Assembly (NCBI GenBank): GCA_964016885.1
Contig: OZ024743.1
Location: forward strand, 310,682,001-310,746,000
Origin: Eledone cirrhosa
Taxonomy: Eukaryota
Direction of reading: 5' to 3'
Length of the DNA stretch: 64,000 bases
The notes beneath the pieces were generated by a model. It did not search any database and had not been told where the DNA came from. It worked only from the letters and a program-made list of their open reading frames with translations. This document shows, in pieces, positions 13,010-24,908 of the stretch; positions within the stretch are counted from its first letter, which is position 1; each line of letters begins with the position of its first letter. A program made the position numbers and the translations under genes.

Positions 13010-13200
13010 AATAATTGTTTCTACTTTTGGCACAAGGCCAGCAATTAACCAGTACATTACTGGTACTTTATTTTATCGACCCCGTAAGGATGAAAGGCAA
13101 AGTTAACCTTGGCGGAATTTGAACTCAGATCATAAAGGGCCATAACTCTATGCTGAAAAACATGGCGTCCGACTCCCTACCAATACTGCCAACCCACCAA
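13010..13200 (-). mobile_element. Family-1 SINE
   Basis: Reverse complement of the consensus. Confidence 0.9.
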
Positions 13201-13592
13201 TAAATAATAAGTGCCAAAAGGTCGGTACAAGGCGGTAGAAACATATAGAGGGCAAACAAAGACAAATAAAACAAAAGAAAATAATGTTTTACCCAGTATA
13301 TTTCCCCATGATATTTCAGGGATTTAATTTTTTTTCAGATTTGAATCGAAAAGGATACTAGGTAGGCGCCTAGGCGGTATCTGGGAGATATAGGGTTCAA
13401 TTACTCGTAGCGGCCAATAGCAACTCCTTTTCCTATCTTTAAGGTTCTTCACCTTATTTCATAAGTTATCTTGTAGCACATCCGCGCATGACCATACCGG
13501 TCTTCATATTAATTTTACCCCCTCAGCGCTACGAAAAAGTCCATGATATCGGAAAAGAATACACGATATATATATATAAATGTGTGTATGTG

Positions 13593-13646
<54 letters not shown>

Positions 13647-14139
13647 TGTGTGTGCGTGTGCGTGGGTGCGAGCATGTGTGAGTGTATATAATATATATAT
13701 ATCTTCGTGTAATTCATATGACTAAATTTTGTTTACAACTTATCTTTATCATTATATACACATTAACAATAACACCGCCCGTCTGAAATTGTATTTAACA
13801 TTAATATATGTTATTATTTATCCGTTCGTGGTTATCAGAACTGAATTACTTTCATAAAAAAGACCGATCATTTTCGTAATGCTGCACGCGTGACTTCTAC
13901 AAACTGTAAATAGGATAGGTAAATAGAAATTATCTACAATTCACATACAAAATAGATTTTAGATGAGGTAATTATTTATTATCTGGAATTATCCTTAGAT
14001 ATACGATGTATTTCAAGATTTGGAAAATTCATGGTGGTTTCTTTGATGAATGAGCCTTTTTACCGGGTAGGGTATCCGCCCTAAGCCCAACCTTCCAGTT
14101 TTAACAAACTATGAATGGAGGACAACATACCTGCAAGAA

Positions 14140-14290
14140 CAGCAATGTCGTGGTTGCCAGCTGGTGGGAAAAGACCAAAGGGTAGGTCAAAGAATAGAAG
14201 ACCTGGGGATCACCCCCTCATAAAGATGACCTGCAGAGGTGTGACACCAAAAGGTTTCAAGGACCAACCCTCGCTACAGACAGAGAAATA
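14140..14290 (+). mobile_element. Possible RTE-clade LINE C-terminal remnant
   Basis: Translates in part to GKRPKGRSKNRR...KDDL, resembling the GKRPRGRP...W...K.DL C-terminus of RTE elements. Short and degenerate. Confidence 0.35.
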
Positions 14291-14744
14291 GAAATGTATA
14301 TTGGCCCGTTATCGTGAGGCTGAAGGAACCCCATGACCATATTCGAGAAATAAAAGAGCCTGCTCGTCAAACAAACATGTAGATGACTGAGCATGTAGAT
14401 GACTGAGCAATGGTACACATGTGTACCCTTGCAGTAATTATCAGGAGGATTCATTATGACACAGTGTGTGACAAGGGTGACCTATTGAATTACAGGTACA
14501 GTCCATCTAACGGACTTCCATATATTTTGCCTCTCTCCAGTTTCACTCACATGGTGTGGGTCGACCAGAGCTATAATAAATGATATGTGTCCAAGATTCC
14601 AGGTAGTGGGATCGAACACGAAACGTTATGATTTCGAAAATATTTTAACATGCTGAGACGAAAAGGATATGCATATTACAATTTACAAGCTACATTTGGA
14701 AAGAAATATTGAACAACTGTTTCGTTATCGGATTTACATTTATA

Positions 14745-14965
14745 TAATAATGGTTTCGGATTTTGATACAAGGCCTGCAATCCAAAGTGGAGAAGAACAT
14801 CGATTAAATCGACCCCAGTGCGTCTCTGTTACTTTGTTTTATTGAGGCGAAGGACGAAAGGCAAAGGTAACCTCGGCGGGATTTCAACACAGAATGTAAA
14901 AGGACGCAACTATATTCCGCAAATCATGTTATTAGATACTCTACAAATTACTGCCAATCCATTTA
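14745..14965 (-). mobile_element. Diverged family-1 SINE
   Basis: ACAAGGCC...TCGACCCCAGT...AAAGGCAAAGGTAACCTCGGCGGGATTT...ACTGCCAATCC. Confidence 0.75.
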
Positions 14966-15989
14966 TATAATCATAAAAAAGTAGCATGTTGTTGAGGGCA
15001 CGGGGACTCAAATATATTTTATTGTATTTGGACCGCTGGCTCACCATCAAAAGTATTCACAATTACTTTGTGCAACATAACAATCCTGGTTAACACTTAT
15101 CTAAGATTATGTTTTCGCTAGAGGGGTTTGATATGCCTAAGCACAATTAAATATAGAGTACACCGTATTAACACAGAGGTATTCAAATTTCTGATTTATC
15201 TCACTAATCTTTTATAATGTCCAGATTATTTCTCAGAAAGTAACATCATAGACCAAACTTCTGAGAGCAACTATAAATTAAAGCATGTTCTCTAACTACA
15301 CATTAACCTTAATGCCTTAATGCATCTTTTAAAAAAATATGTAAAAATAATTCTTAAAATAGAACAAAAGTTATTTAACACTAAAGGCATTTCAGTGTTT
15401 ATTATCATCACAGCCTAATAGGATTCATTTGCCTTTTACAAATAATTTCACGAAACGGTTACACAGCATTATGAGGGAAAATACGTAGAAAAATTAGAAT
15501 GTTTAAATCATAAAATTTACTTTAATACAAATTTAAAATTTGAGCGAAAATATTAAATTTCTTATCTTCTGTAATTTCATATAAGCCAACTGACTTTGAA
15601 TAACAATTAGGAATTTGATTAATTTTGTACATCAAAACAAAAGTTGGAAGCTAAAATTCTACAATAAAATTAACTTTTAAGTATAAACATTTAAATAAAT
15701 TGTATTGAAACGTAATTTGGTTGTAAGAAAAGTACGTGGGAAATACATTTCCCTTTAATTTTATAGATTTCAAATGCACTCAAACGGGATGTTAACATAT
15801 TTGATTTTATAGTAGAACAAATTATTTTGAATTGTATTAATTTGATAGAAAACTGTTTTTACGTTATTAGTAATAAAAGTTAAAATGTTATTACTGCTAA
15901 CATTAGGGAAATAGGATATGCTGACGTGCATCCCCTTCCAAACTCATTAGCTGGAGAAGTGCATATGATTAATAGTAGAGAGTAAAGCA

Positions 15990-16275
15990 CGTAATTTAGT
16001 GGTTATGGCGTAAGGTCTTGAGTTTGATTCACGGTAGCAAGTCGTGGCCGTGAACAGGACACTGTACTCTGCATTGCTTCAGTTCACGTAGATGGTAAAA
16101 ATGAGCTGCACCAGTAATTAAAAGAGCCACCTTAAACCATACGCCGTACCACGCCATGTGCCCTTGAGTATTGTAAAACGGTTGCATGTTTCTGTTAAGT
16201 GCTCGGCCACTTGCACGTTAATTCCACGAGCAGACCGTTCTGTTGGTTAAATAACTAGAACCCTCGTCGTCGGAA
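15990..16275 (+). mobile_element. Older second SINE family (tRNA head, CORE-like centre)
   Basis: TAGTGGTTA...GTTTGATTC head and tail CCACTTGCACGTTAATTCCACGAGCAG...CCCTCGTCGTC. Related fragments at ~1840-1995, 2295-2420, 4680-4830, 14370-14500 and 18260-18705. Confidence 0.65.
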
Positions 16276-17021
16276 CAAAAACAACAGTAGTAACCATATA
16301 ATTAAAATTTGCCAGAATATCGTGTCACATGCTGCGGTGCCAACCACAGAAATCTTTCGTCAAGAGCAATACATGTATATATTTCATTTTACTGACTTCA
16401 TAAGAATGGAATCAAAATTGATTGCTGTTGCATAATGTCATATTGAAAACAAAAAAGATTTTATCCAGAATCCCTAATTCCCAACTTTATATGAAATGCT
16501 ATATAGTAATAAATTTTCCTCGGGTTCAAACACGCAACATTTTAGGAGTGGATGAATTAAAAAAAAAAACTGACTCGTTAATATATTTTGCAACAGCATT
16601 ATTGAAATTCACAACCATGGATTGAAACTACGCTGTCGTCTCATTTACTAGTGAACTTTTCTTCTTCTCGGATACTGCACGATGGAATCTTAAGCATTAA
16701 TTACAGCTAAAATAAAGCAACTGGATATTGAAATATATAGCGCAGAGAACTCTGTGAAATACAAATAACGAATGAACGTTTAATGTAGTGCAATATTCAC
16801 CAATCGTGTATATTAGCAAATTACACTAATCTCATAGTAACTTTTATCAACTGATGATTACTTTTTTTTTAAAGAATAAAATTAAAGCAATAGTGAAATT
16901 AAATATGAATGCTGAACAATGCCTAATTAAATCAATAATTAAAATAAAATTTATTACATTGAAATGTGCACTCAATTACGAGTGCATATTCTAATATATT
17001 ATTAATGAATCACATGGTATC

Positions 17022-17188
17022 TGAGGGTCGGACGCCATGCTTTGACGCATAGAGTTACGGCCCTTGCCATTCTGAGTTCAAATCCCACCGAGGTTAACTT
17101 TGCCTTTCATCCTTATGGGGTCGATAAAATAAAGTACCAGTAATACACTGGGTAATTGATGGCCTTGTGCCAAAAGTAGAAACAATTA
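17022..17188 (+). mobile_element. 5'-truncated family-1 SINE
   Basis: Matches the consensus from GAGGGTCGGACGCC. Flanked by an approximate duplication TAATGAATC.C.TGGTATCTGA. Confidence 0.9.
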
Positions 17189-18372
17189 GTAATGAATCGC
17201 GTGGTATCTGATATCTGTTGTTCAAATATCAACCATTTAACGATAACAAGAAACGCTCTACAAGGTGTTTCAATCTTTCTTTACAAAATGATATGCCTTC
17301 ATCAAAAATACAAATACATAGTGTTGATGCAATTATAATTCTATTAAAATCATAGTTATTGATTTTGTTTCTCCTACGCAATATCATTCAACTTTGATAG
17401 GAAGGTGAGGAATTAAGTTTTGTCTTTTACACGAAAGGTGTTAACGTAATGCTAAATCAAACCTCTTAAAGCAATGTTTTATTGTTATAGACATTATTAA
17501 ACTTTATCTAATTTGGTGAAAAACATAATACTATTAATGCCAAAGGCCATTGACAGACGTTCTCAACCAATATATTTTCTATAACATACAATTAGCTTAT
17601 TTTTTAATATGTAATTATTTCACACTTCTTCTAAATTCATATGCCACAGTATGTTTTCAATATTTCAATCTTTGAAATCTTAATTATATTAGTAAATCTT
17701 ATGACAGAAATATATGAAATATCCCCCCTCAACTGGTGAGTATTTCTGTTGATGTTTAAAGCAGGTAATGTGGTATACCATCAACAACGAAAATAACAAC
17801 ATAAAAATAAATGCCGTTTATTATTTGTGAACCACGAGATTTACGGTTTAAATAGATAAGATTGCTCGCGAAAAGGATGGGTTTACTGAAGTGAAATTGC
17901 TTCTGCTGCTGTTGTTGTTGCTGCAGTTGTTTTTGCATCTCCTATCTCTGTAGATTTAGCTGTCATCCAAGGTGGTTGCATTTCATTGGAGTTTTCATGG
18001 ATGTTTTAAGGATAGAGATCCCAGTCCAAGCATGATGAGAATATCCTATGGACCGTACGCTGCTGTGAACTGGAACAAAGAAAGGTAAATCGTCTTGAAA
18101 GAAATACAATGTGCCACCAAGTCCAGAATTCAAACCTATAACTTTATAATCGTGAGTCCAACACTCATAACCACGTGACCACGTTCCTTCACTACCTCAC
18201 TGAAATTACTGATGAATGTCTTAACAGAAAATGGTAGAATATATATGAGTGTAGGTTGGACTACGACGGTTCTGACGACGAATGTTCCAGTTGTTCGAGC
18301 AACAGCACATCCTGTCCATGAAATGAACCTACAAGTGACTGAACAGTCCTTAAATCCGTGTATTATTAATAC

Positions 18373-18655
18373 ATCCTTACGGGGTCGATAAAATAAAGTA
18401 CCAGTAATGCACTGGGTAATTGCTGGCCTTGTGCCTAAAGTAGAAACAATTATTAATACAGTTCAAGGGCGGTGAATTGGCAGTATCGGTAGAGGGGTCG
18501 GACGCCATGCTTTCTAGCATAGTTACGTCCCTTTACAGTCTGAGTTCAAATCCCGCCGAGGTTAACTTTACCTTTCATCCCTACGGGGTCGATAAAATAA
18601 AGTACCAGTAATGTACTGGGTAATGCTGGCCTTGTGCCAACTGTAGAAACAATTA
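18373..18655 (+). mobile_element. Partial plus full family-1 SINEs nested in a family-2 SINE
   Basis: 3' fragment at 18373-18452 and full copy at 18465-18652. ATTATTAATACA(GTTC) is repeated at the junctions. Confidence 0.85.
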
Positions 18656-18864
18656 TTAATACAGTTCTCAGGGAGATTCAGCGTGACATAATGTATGACA
18701 AGGCTACTCCTATCGACTGAAGGGAGTGGAAGAGTGATAAATAGAGGGTGATACTCAAGTGTACAACCACCTCCTATGTAGGTGTAGACAGGGCTTTGAC
18801 AATTCAAGTCTAGAGGAACTAAAAACCAAGGACCTAAAGAAACTGCATAATAGAGGCTGTTTTA

Positions 18865-18867
18865 TCC

Positions 18868-18911
<44 letters not shown>

Positions 18912-18914
18912 ATC
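18865..18914. repeat. (TATC)n microsatellite 5' of Tx1 copy A
   Basis: Seen directly. Confidence 0.98.
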
Positions 18915-19131
18915 AGACGTGTGTAACTTCGCGGAGAAGTTTCCGTTAATTTATGTTAGAAAAAAACGTGAGTTTTTAGTTAAATTTTATATCATTGTGT
19001 AACTTGACCACCCGCCTGGACCTTCAGGTGGTGGGTCAACTCATTTTCGCCCCTACAGGGGCGGAATATCCATTTAAAAAATGTTTCTCCATCGAATCTT
19101 GGAAAAAATATTATAAAATTTTGATTACGTT

Positions 19132-21048
19132 ATGAACGCTGCGTCCAACGATAATGGTGGTGGAGAGGCGGTAAGACTACAAAGCTCGCAGTCAACAACG
19201 TCTTCTTCACTAGATACTATAGAGATGGAAAGACGAAATGAAAACGTAAAAACGAATTCATATTCAAACAACACAAATGACACCAAACAATTCAATGACA
19301 ACAAAAAATAACAGCAACACCAATAATGATGATAAAAGCAACAATGATAACAACAACAAAGAAAAAAATAAAGACAACACCAACAACACCAGCATCAAAG
19401 ACAACAACAACACCAAGGAAAAGACGAATACTATCAACATCGGTGACAACAAGAATAACAACAACAATAACAACAATAATGACACCACCACCAATACGGA
19501 TTCCACAAAGAAACCAAAAATCTCCTTTGCAGAGAAAGTTCAAAAGAAGGAAGAATTGATATATCTCGATATAATAAATGCTGAACAACTTTTAAAGGAC
19601 GCTAAGAGATATGTCACTTTCGAAAAAAATGGTGCTTTCAGCATCAATTCTCCGGTAGAAATTCGCAAGGAAACTGCTCTCAAAACGATAGTTTTTAGGA
19701 CAGTTTCCAATTCTACCCGAAAACCAGTCCAATTGTCACAAAAAGAAATTGAACTGGTTTTCAAAAATTCAATGAATGATATTGCATTCATTCAAAGAAG
19801 CAAACTTTTTGGGAGTATTTCGGTACTCATGAAGGATCAATTGACGGCCCAAAATTACACTGTGTCGCCAATTGTATCCAACCTGTACACATTTTTCCCT
19901 ACATACATGGGAAAAAGGACACAAAAGATCAGAATCACGAGTGTCTCACCAAAGGTGAACATATGGGGGATACTGTGCGGCTTCATCAATTTTGATGAAG
20001 ACAGAATACTGTCAGTAGGAAAGTCCCCCAGAGATGTATTCAATGGGACTAGCATTGAAGTTCTGGTGCAAATGAGCCCAGAGCGAATAGCTATGATCCC
20101 ACAGCGTGTACTCCTGGACGGACTCACCTACATAAACTTTTCGGTTGAGGGTAGGCGGCCTTCATGTTACCATTGCTTTAGCAGGGGTCACCTGAGGGCT
20201 TCCTATCCTAAATTAATGAAACTAAAAAGGCTCTTCTGCCGACACCCATCAAAACAACACAACCACCAACACCACCACAACAACAACAACACCAACACAC
20301 AAAAATAACCACAACGAACACAGTCCCACCCAACCCCACTCCACCTAAAACCATTGCAAAATCACATACAGACACAACAGCTCCCCAAGACATACCCCTC
20401 CCCAATCACACAGACGATACAACAGATGAGGCTATCTCGCCATCACCCAGTGAAGACGAGGGAGAACCCCATCGCTCGAAAAGAAAGAAAAGACATCACA
20501 AAAGCAAAAAAACAGCAAACACTACCACAAACATACAACCACCAACACAAACAACAAAAACATCACAAACCAAACTCCCACCTCCTGAAAACAAAATACC
20601 TACAACAAAACGAAAGCACACACAAGAACTACAGACAAAAACAAACACAACATAAGAAAATTACACTTACACTTACATAAACACTGAAAACAAAACACTA
20701 ATGGAGACCATCACGAACGACCCTTCGGTGAAAACCGAAGGGAAAACTTTCGCCCACTCTATTAAAAATAGTAAAAAACTGAACCTAAAACTGATTAGGG
20801 TCCCTATACAAACTTATAGGTCCCTAAAAGAAACATTTGAGAAGGATTTGGGGAATTCCTGCGTGAAACCACTCAACCGCGTACTTCTCAAATGCCTCCC
20901 CACCCCAGACACCCCCATCCCACCAGACCCCACCCCACCAAACATCTGCGTCCCTACCCCGCCGGAAACCACCACCCATCCAGACAACACCTCCAACACC
21001 CCCATGGAAATCGTGCGGCCTGGTCCCCAGGAGGCGAAGAGTGAGTGA
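19132..21048 (+). pseudogene. ORF1 (gag-like nucleic-acid-binding protein), frameshifted
   Basis: ORF pieces 19277-20308 and 20701-21048. Degenerate knuckle CYHCFSRGHLRASY plus Asn/Thr/Pro low-complexity regions. Homologous to ORF1 of copies B-D. Confidence 0.85.
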
Positions 21049-21081
21049 TCTCTTTTCCTCTTTTAACTTTTCAACACCAAC

Positions 21082-24000
21082 ATGGCCAATATAAGAGTTG
21101 GATGTGTGAACGTACGCGGCCTGGGGATGCCCTGGAAACAGGGCAAACTCTTAAACGACCTCAGGTCGCACAGTATGGATGTGGTAGCCATTTGCGAGTC
21201 CAGGATCCACGGCGAGCGACAGCTGGCCCCCATCTTCGAAGACTTTGAGATCTACGCATCTCTCTGTCAACCGGGGGGTGGGGCGGAGTTGCCGTTTTTC
21301 TGCGGAAACACCTGGGCCTCGTAACACAGACGGTACATCTGGACCCGGAGGGTCGACTGGTGGTCCTAGACGTTGACGGTAGTGAAGGTGGAGCCTTCAG
21401 GCTGGTTGCCGCATATGCCCCATCCGGGACATCGCGGCCAGACTTCTTCAAACGTCTAGAGACTTTTCTGGGAACGTCCGGCTCTTTGCTTTTAGTGGGG
21501 GACTGGAATGGAATCCTAGATGCACGTTGGAACTATGTGGGAGCATGTCCCGATAAAGGGGGGTGTAACAGCCTCAAACAGTTAATCGACCGATTTGACC
21601 TGGCCGATAGATATCGACTAGATTTTCCGACTGCGCCACTGTGGACGTGGAGTAATCGTAGCGGAACATCTAGATCGTACCTAGATAGGGTTCTAGTTAG
21701 AAATAAGGATAGGGACATGTTAAGCTGTCCACAAATGTTCATGGTTGCCTATTCAGATCACAAACTAGTGACCTGCATGGCCAACCTTGATAGAACCCAT
21801 AGACTAGGACCCGGCTACTGGAAGCTGAACTTGTCGTTACCGACAAGCAAAGCCTACAGTAGACGGATTAGCACTTTAGTTAAACAGCACTTGACAGGGG
21901 CCATTGTCAACAACAGATGGTGGTACTCTCTCGAGAGGGCAGTTAGATTAGACTCGATAGTATTTAGTAAAGAATTAGCGTTAGATAGAAATAGAACCGA
22001 GAAGGAACTGGTAGATAATGTAGAAGAGGCAATTAGAAGTGGCAACGTAGCCAGCGTGCTAGCAACGAGAATGGCCTTGGACCAGTTCTTCGACGCAAAG
22101 CACGAGGGCTGCGTTGTCAGAAGCAAAATACGTGCTCTGGGAAACGAGGGAGCCAAAGCTGTTAGCTGGGCCCGAGTGACGGAGGCAAAAAGTGGCAACA
22201 AGTCTACGATTCGGTCTTTGAAAGACCAAAACGGACCCGTGATACGTGAGCCGAAGCAGATGTGTGCGGCTTTTCAGCGGCACTTTGCTCGGCTGTTCGG
22301 GGGGGGGGAGAGGCTATGGATTTCAGTCCATACCTCGACGGCCTACCGCGACTCTCGGACAGCGAGGCAAAGTTCTGCGATAAGCCGATTTCAGCCACTG
22401 AGATAGGGGACGCGCTGAGCCAATGCGGCAAACGCAAATCTCCAGGTCTCGACGGTCTACCCTACGAATTTTACGTAGCAATGCCGGACTTATTCTCCGG
22501 TCTCCTGGAAGCGGTCTACTTCAACTAGCAACAGAACGGGAGAATTCCCAGTTCTGTAACCGGGGGCGTGGTCACACTAATCAGGAAAGACGAGAATAAG
22601 GGGGATGACATAGGCAACTTCCGGCCCATAACTCTGCTAAACACAGAGTTACAGATTTTGGCCAAAGTGTTGGCAAAGAGGCTGCGCAATCCCGACCAGG
22701 TCCATACACGACAACCTCCACCTCATGCGATACATCATAGAGAGGGTAGGGTGTAAACCCGGCTTCGGTGGGGCCCTGATCAACTTGGATCAGTCTAAGG
22801 CTTTCGATAGGGTTGACCATCGTTACCTGGATGCGGTGCTCGAGGCGCCAGGCTTCGGGCCCGTGTTCAGGAGCTGGATTGCTGCAATGCACAACAGCAA
22901 CATCTGCTCAAGGGTCAAGGTAAACGGCTAGCTCTCGGAGCCGTTCCATATTACGCGATCCATTCGACAGGGATGCCCTCTCTCCTCCCTTCTGTACGTA
23001 CTGACTCTCGAGCCACTACTGCGGAAGCTGGAGCTATTGCAGGGCATCCCCCTGTAAACAGGACTGCGCAAAGCGGCGTCGGCCTACGCCGACGACATTA
23101 CAGTAATGGTGTCGAGCGCCTCGCAAATCGAGGAAGTCGGCACCTTACTGAAGGAATACGAAAGTCTCGCAGGAGCGAAGCTGAACCGGGACAAGTCCAT
23201 CGGTTTGCAACTCGGAACGTGGAGAGGCAAACCGATGCCTTCCGATGGCGTCGTCGGACGCTGGACGGAAGGACCGGTAAAGCTGCTCGGGGTCTGGTTT
23301 GGTCCGGACCTCCAGGTGGAGAAGAACTGGAACGAAGTGACGGCCAAGGTGTTTGCACTCACCCAGAAGTGGGCCGAGTGCAAACTATCCTTGAAAGGTC
23401 GAGCGGAGGTGGCGAACACTTTTATAGCGTCCGCCATCTACTACCGCTTGACCGTCGTGCCTTGTCCAGCCAAAACGCTCGCCAAAATGGAGCGCGCGCT
23501 CTTCCGATTCCTTTGGAAGAGGCGGGCTCCTTTGGTGAGAAGATCCATCTGCTGCCAACCCCCTTCTAACGGAGGGCTGGGGATGCCGTGGTTGACGATG
23601 CGCAAACACGCGCTCAGGCTGCGGCATCTCTACGTATTCCTCACCGGACAACCGATGTGGGCCCCGTTCGTGAGGCGAGCCTTCCCACGACTCGTCTCGC
23701 TGACCGAGCTGCAGTCCTGGGTCAAGCAAAGACCGAGGAAAATGGGCGACTGGCACATCGAATGTGCTCAGGCGCTCACAGCCCTCTGGCAGGCGGACCC
23801 GGCGATCAGTGGAGACTCCACTTCGTCATTCTATAGAGGGTTGGTCCGCAGCAAGTGCGACCACGCGCTCGGTGAAACTCTAGTTGTAGAGGAAGATGAA
23901 CTGGCCAGTCTGTTCGGTAGGACCTTCCGCCCGGGACCGATGGACAACTTCCAAAAGTCCCTGGCCTGGCAGTGCTACCGAGGAGCTCTACCAGTTCGAG

Positions 24001-24469
24001 AGACAAGCTCTACAGACATGGGCGCCCGGGCAGGGACCCTGCAAAAAAGATCTGTCCGAGGTGCGTGCGAGACGAAGAAACCGTCGCGCACGCATTCATA
24101 CACTGCCCGGGCGTCACTGACCTGTGGGGCTATGTAGAACGACTATTGTCGCGGGTGGGACCAATCCAGTTGACCACCGAGTCCATTGTCATGATCAAAC
24201 CGCCACCCTCCTTCAAAAACGAAGGAGAGGCGGTTTTCCTTTGTGTGATAGCTACAGCGAAAGAGGTTGTATGGTGGACGAGGTTAACAGGGCTAAGGTC
24301 AGACACCTTTCTCTCCAGCCAACAACTGATTCTTTTTTTCAAATACCACTTTGGAAGAAGAATCAGGATGGAGAGAGAGGTGCTGTACCCCAGCAAGTTT
24401 TATGAAAGGTGGGTGAAAGTGGCGAGAATGGCCCGAGTGAATGGGCCTTCTCTCTATATCAGCCTGTAG
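21082..24469 (+). pseudogene. ORF2: APE endonuclease, reverse transcriptase and C-terminal Zn finger; disrupted
   Basis: NVRGL, GDWN, SYLDR and SDH (APE); KSPGLDG, FRPITLLN, DQSKAFDRV, QGCPLS and YADD (RT); CPRC...H...C. Several stops and frameshifts. Confidence 0.93.
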
Positions 24470-24713
24470 GTTGAGGAAAAGGAGGAGGAGAGGAAAGGAG
24501 TACAAACTCTTCGTACTCCTGGAGATGAGGGTTGCACATTTTTTTTTTCGGGGGTATGTGTTACCCATATAAACTGTCTCCCTCTATTGGGGAAAATCGA
24601 CTAACTTTTTTTAATTCCTTTTGTGATAACATTTTACACATTTTTATTGTATGTAAACTTCCCCCTTTGTATTTGTCCCCTTCTATTGTGCCCTTGTGGC
24701 TAATAAAGAAATA

Positions 24714-24744
<31 letters not shown>

Positions 24745-24746
<2 letters not shown>

Positions 24747-24879
24747 GTCTCCCCCTATTGGGGAAAATCGACTAATTTTTTAAATTGCATATGTGATAAT
24801 ATTTTACGTTTTTATTGTATGTAAACTTTCCCCTTTGTATTTGTCCCCTTCTTTTGTGCCCCTGTGGCTAATAAAGAAA
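24745..24879 (+). mobile_element. Severely 5'-truncated Tx1 copy (3' UTR only) between (TATC)n tracts
   Basis: Diverged duplicate of 24574-24711, ending AATAAAGAAA. Confidence 0.85.
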
Positions 24880-24908
24880 CATATCTATCTATCTATCTAT
24901 CTATCTCT

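Larger units (their letters stand above)
18915..24711 (+). mobile_element. L1/Tx1-type non-LTR retrotransposon, copy A (near full length, degenerate)
   Basis: 5' UTR, ORF1 with zinc knuckle, ORF2 with APE, RT and CCHC domains, then a 3' UTR ending AATAAAGAAA followed by (TATC)n. Confidence 0.93.

Noticed and set aside
19277-19500. Asn/Thr-rich stretch as a host prion-like gene
   Set aside because: It is the low-complexity N-terminus of the retrotransposon ORF1.
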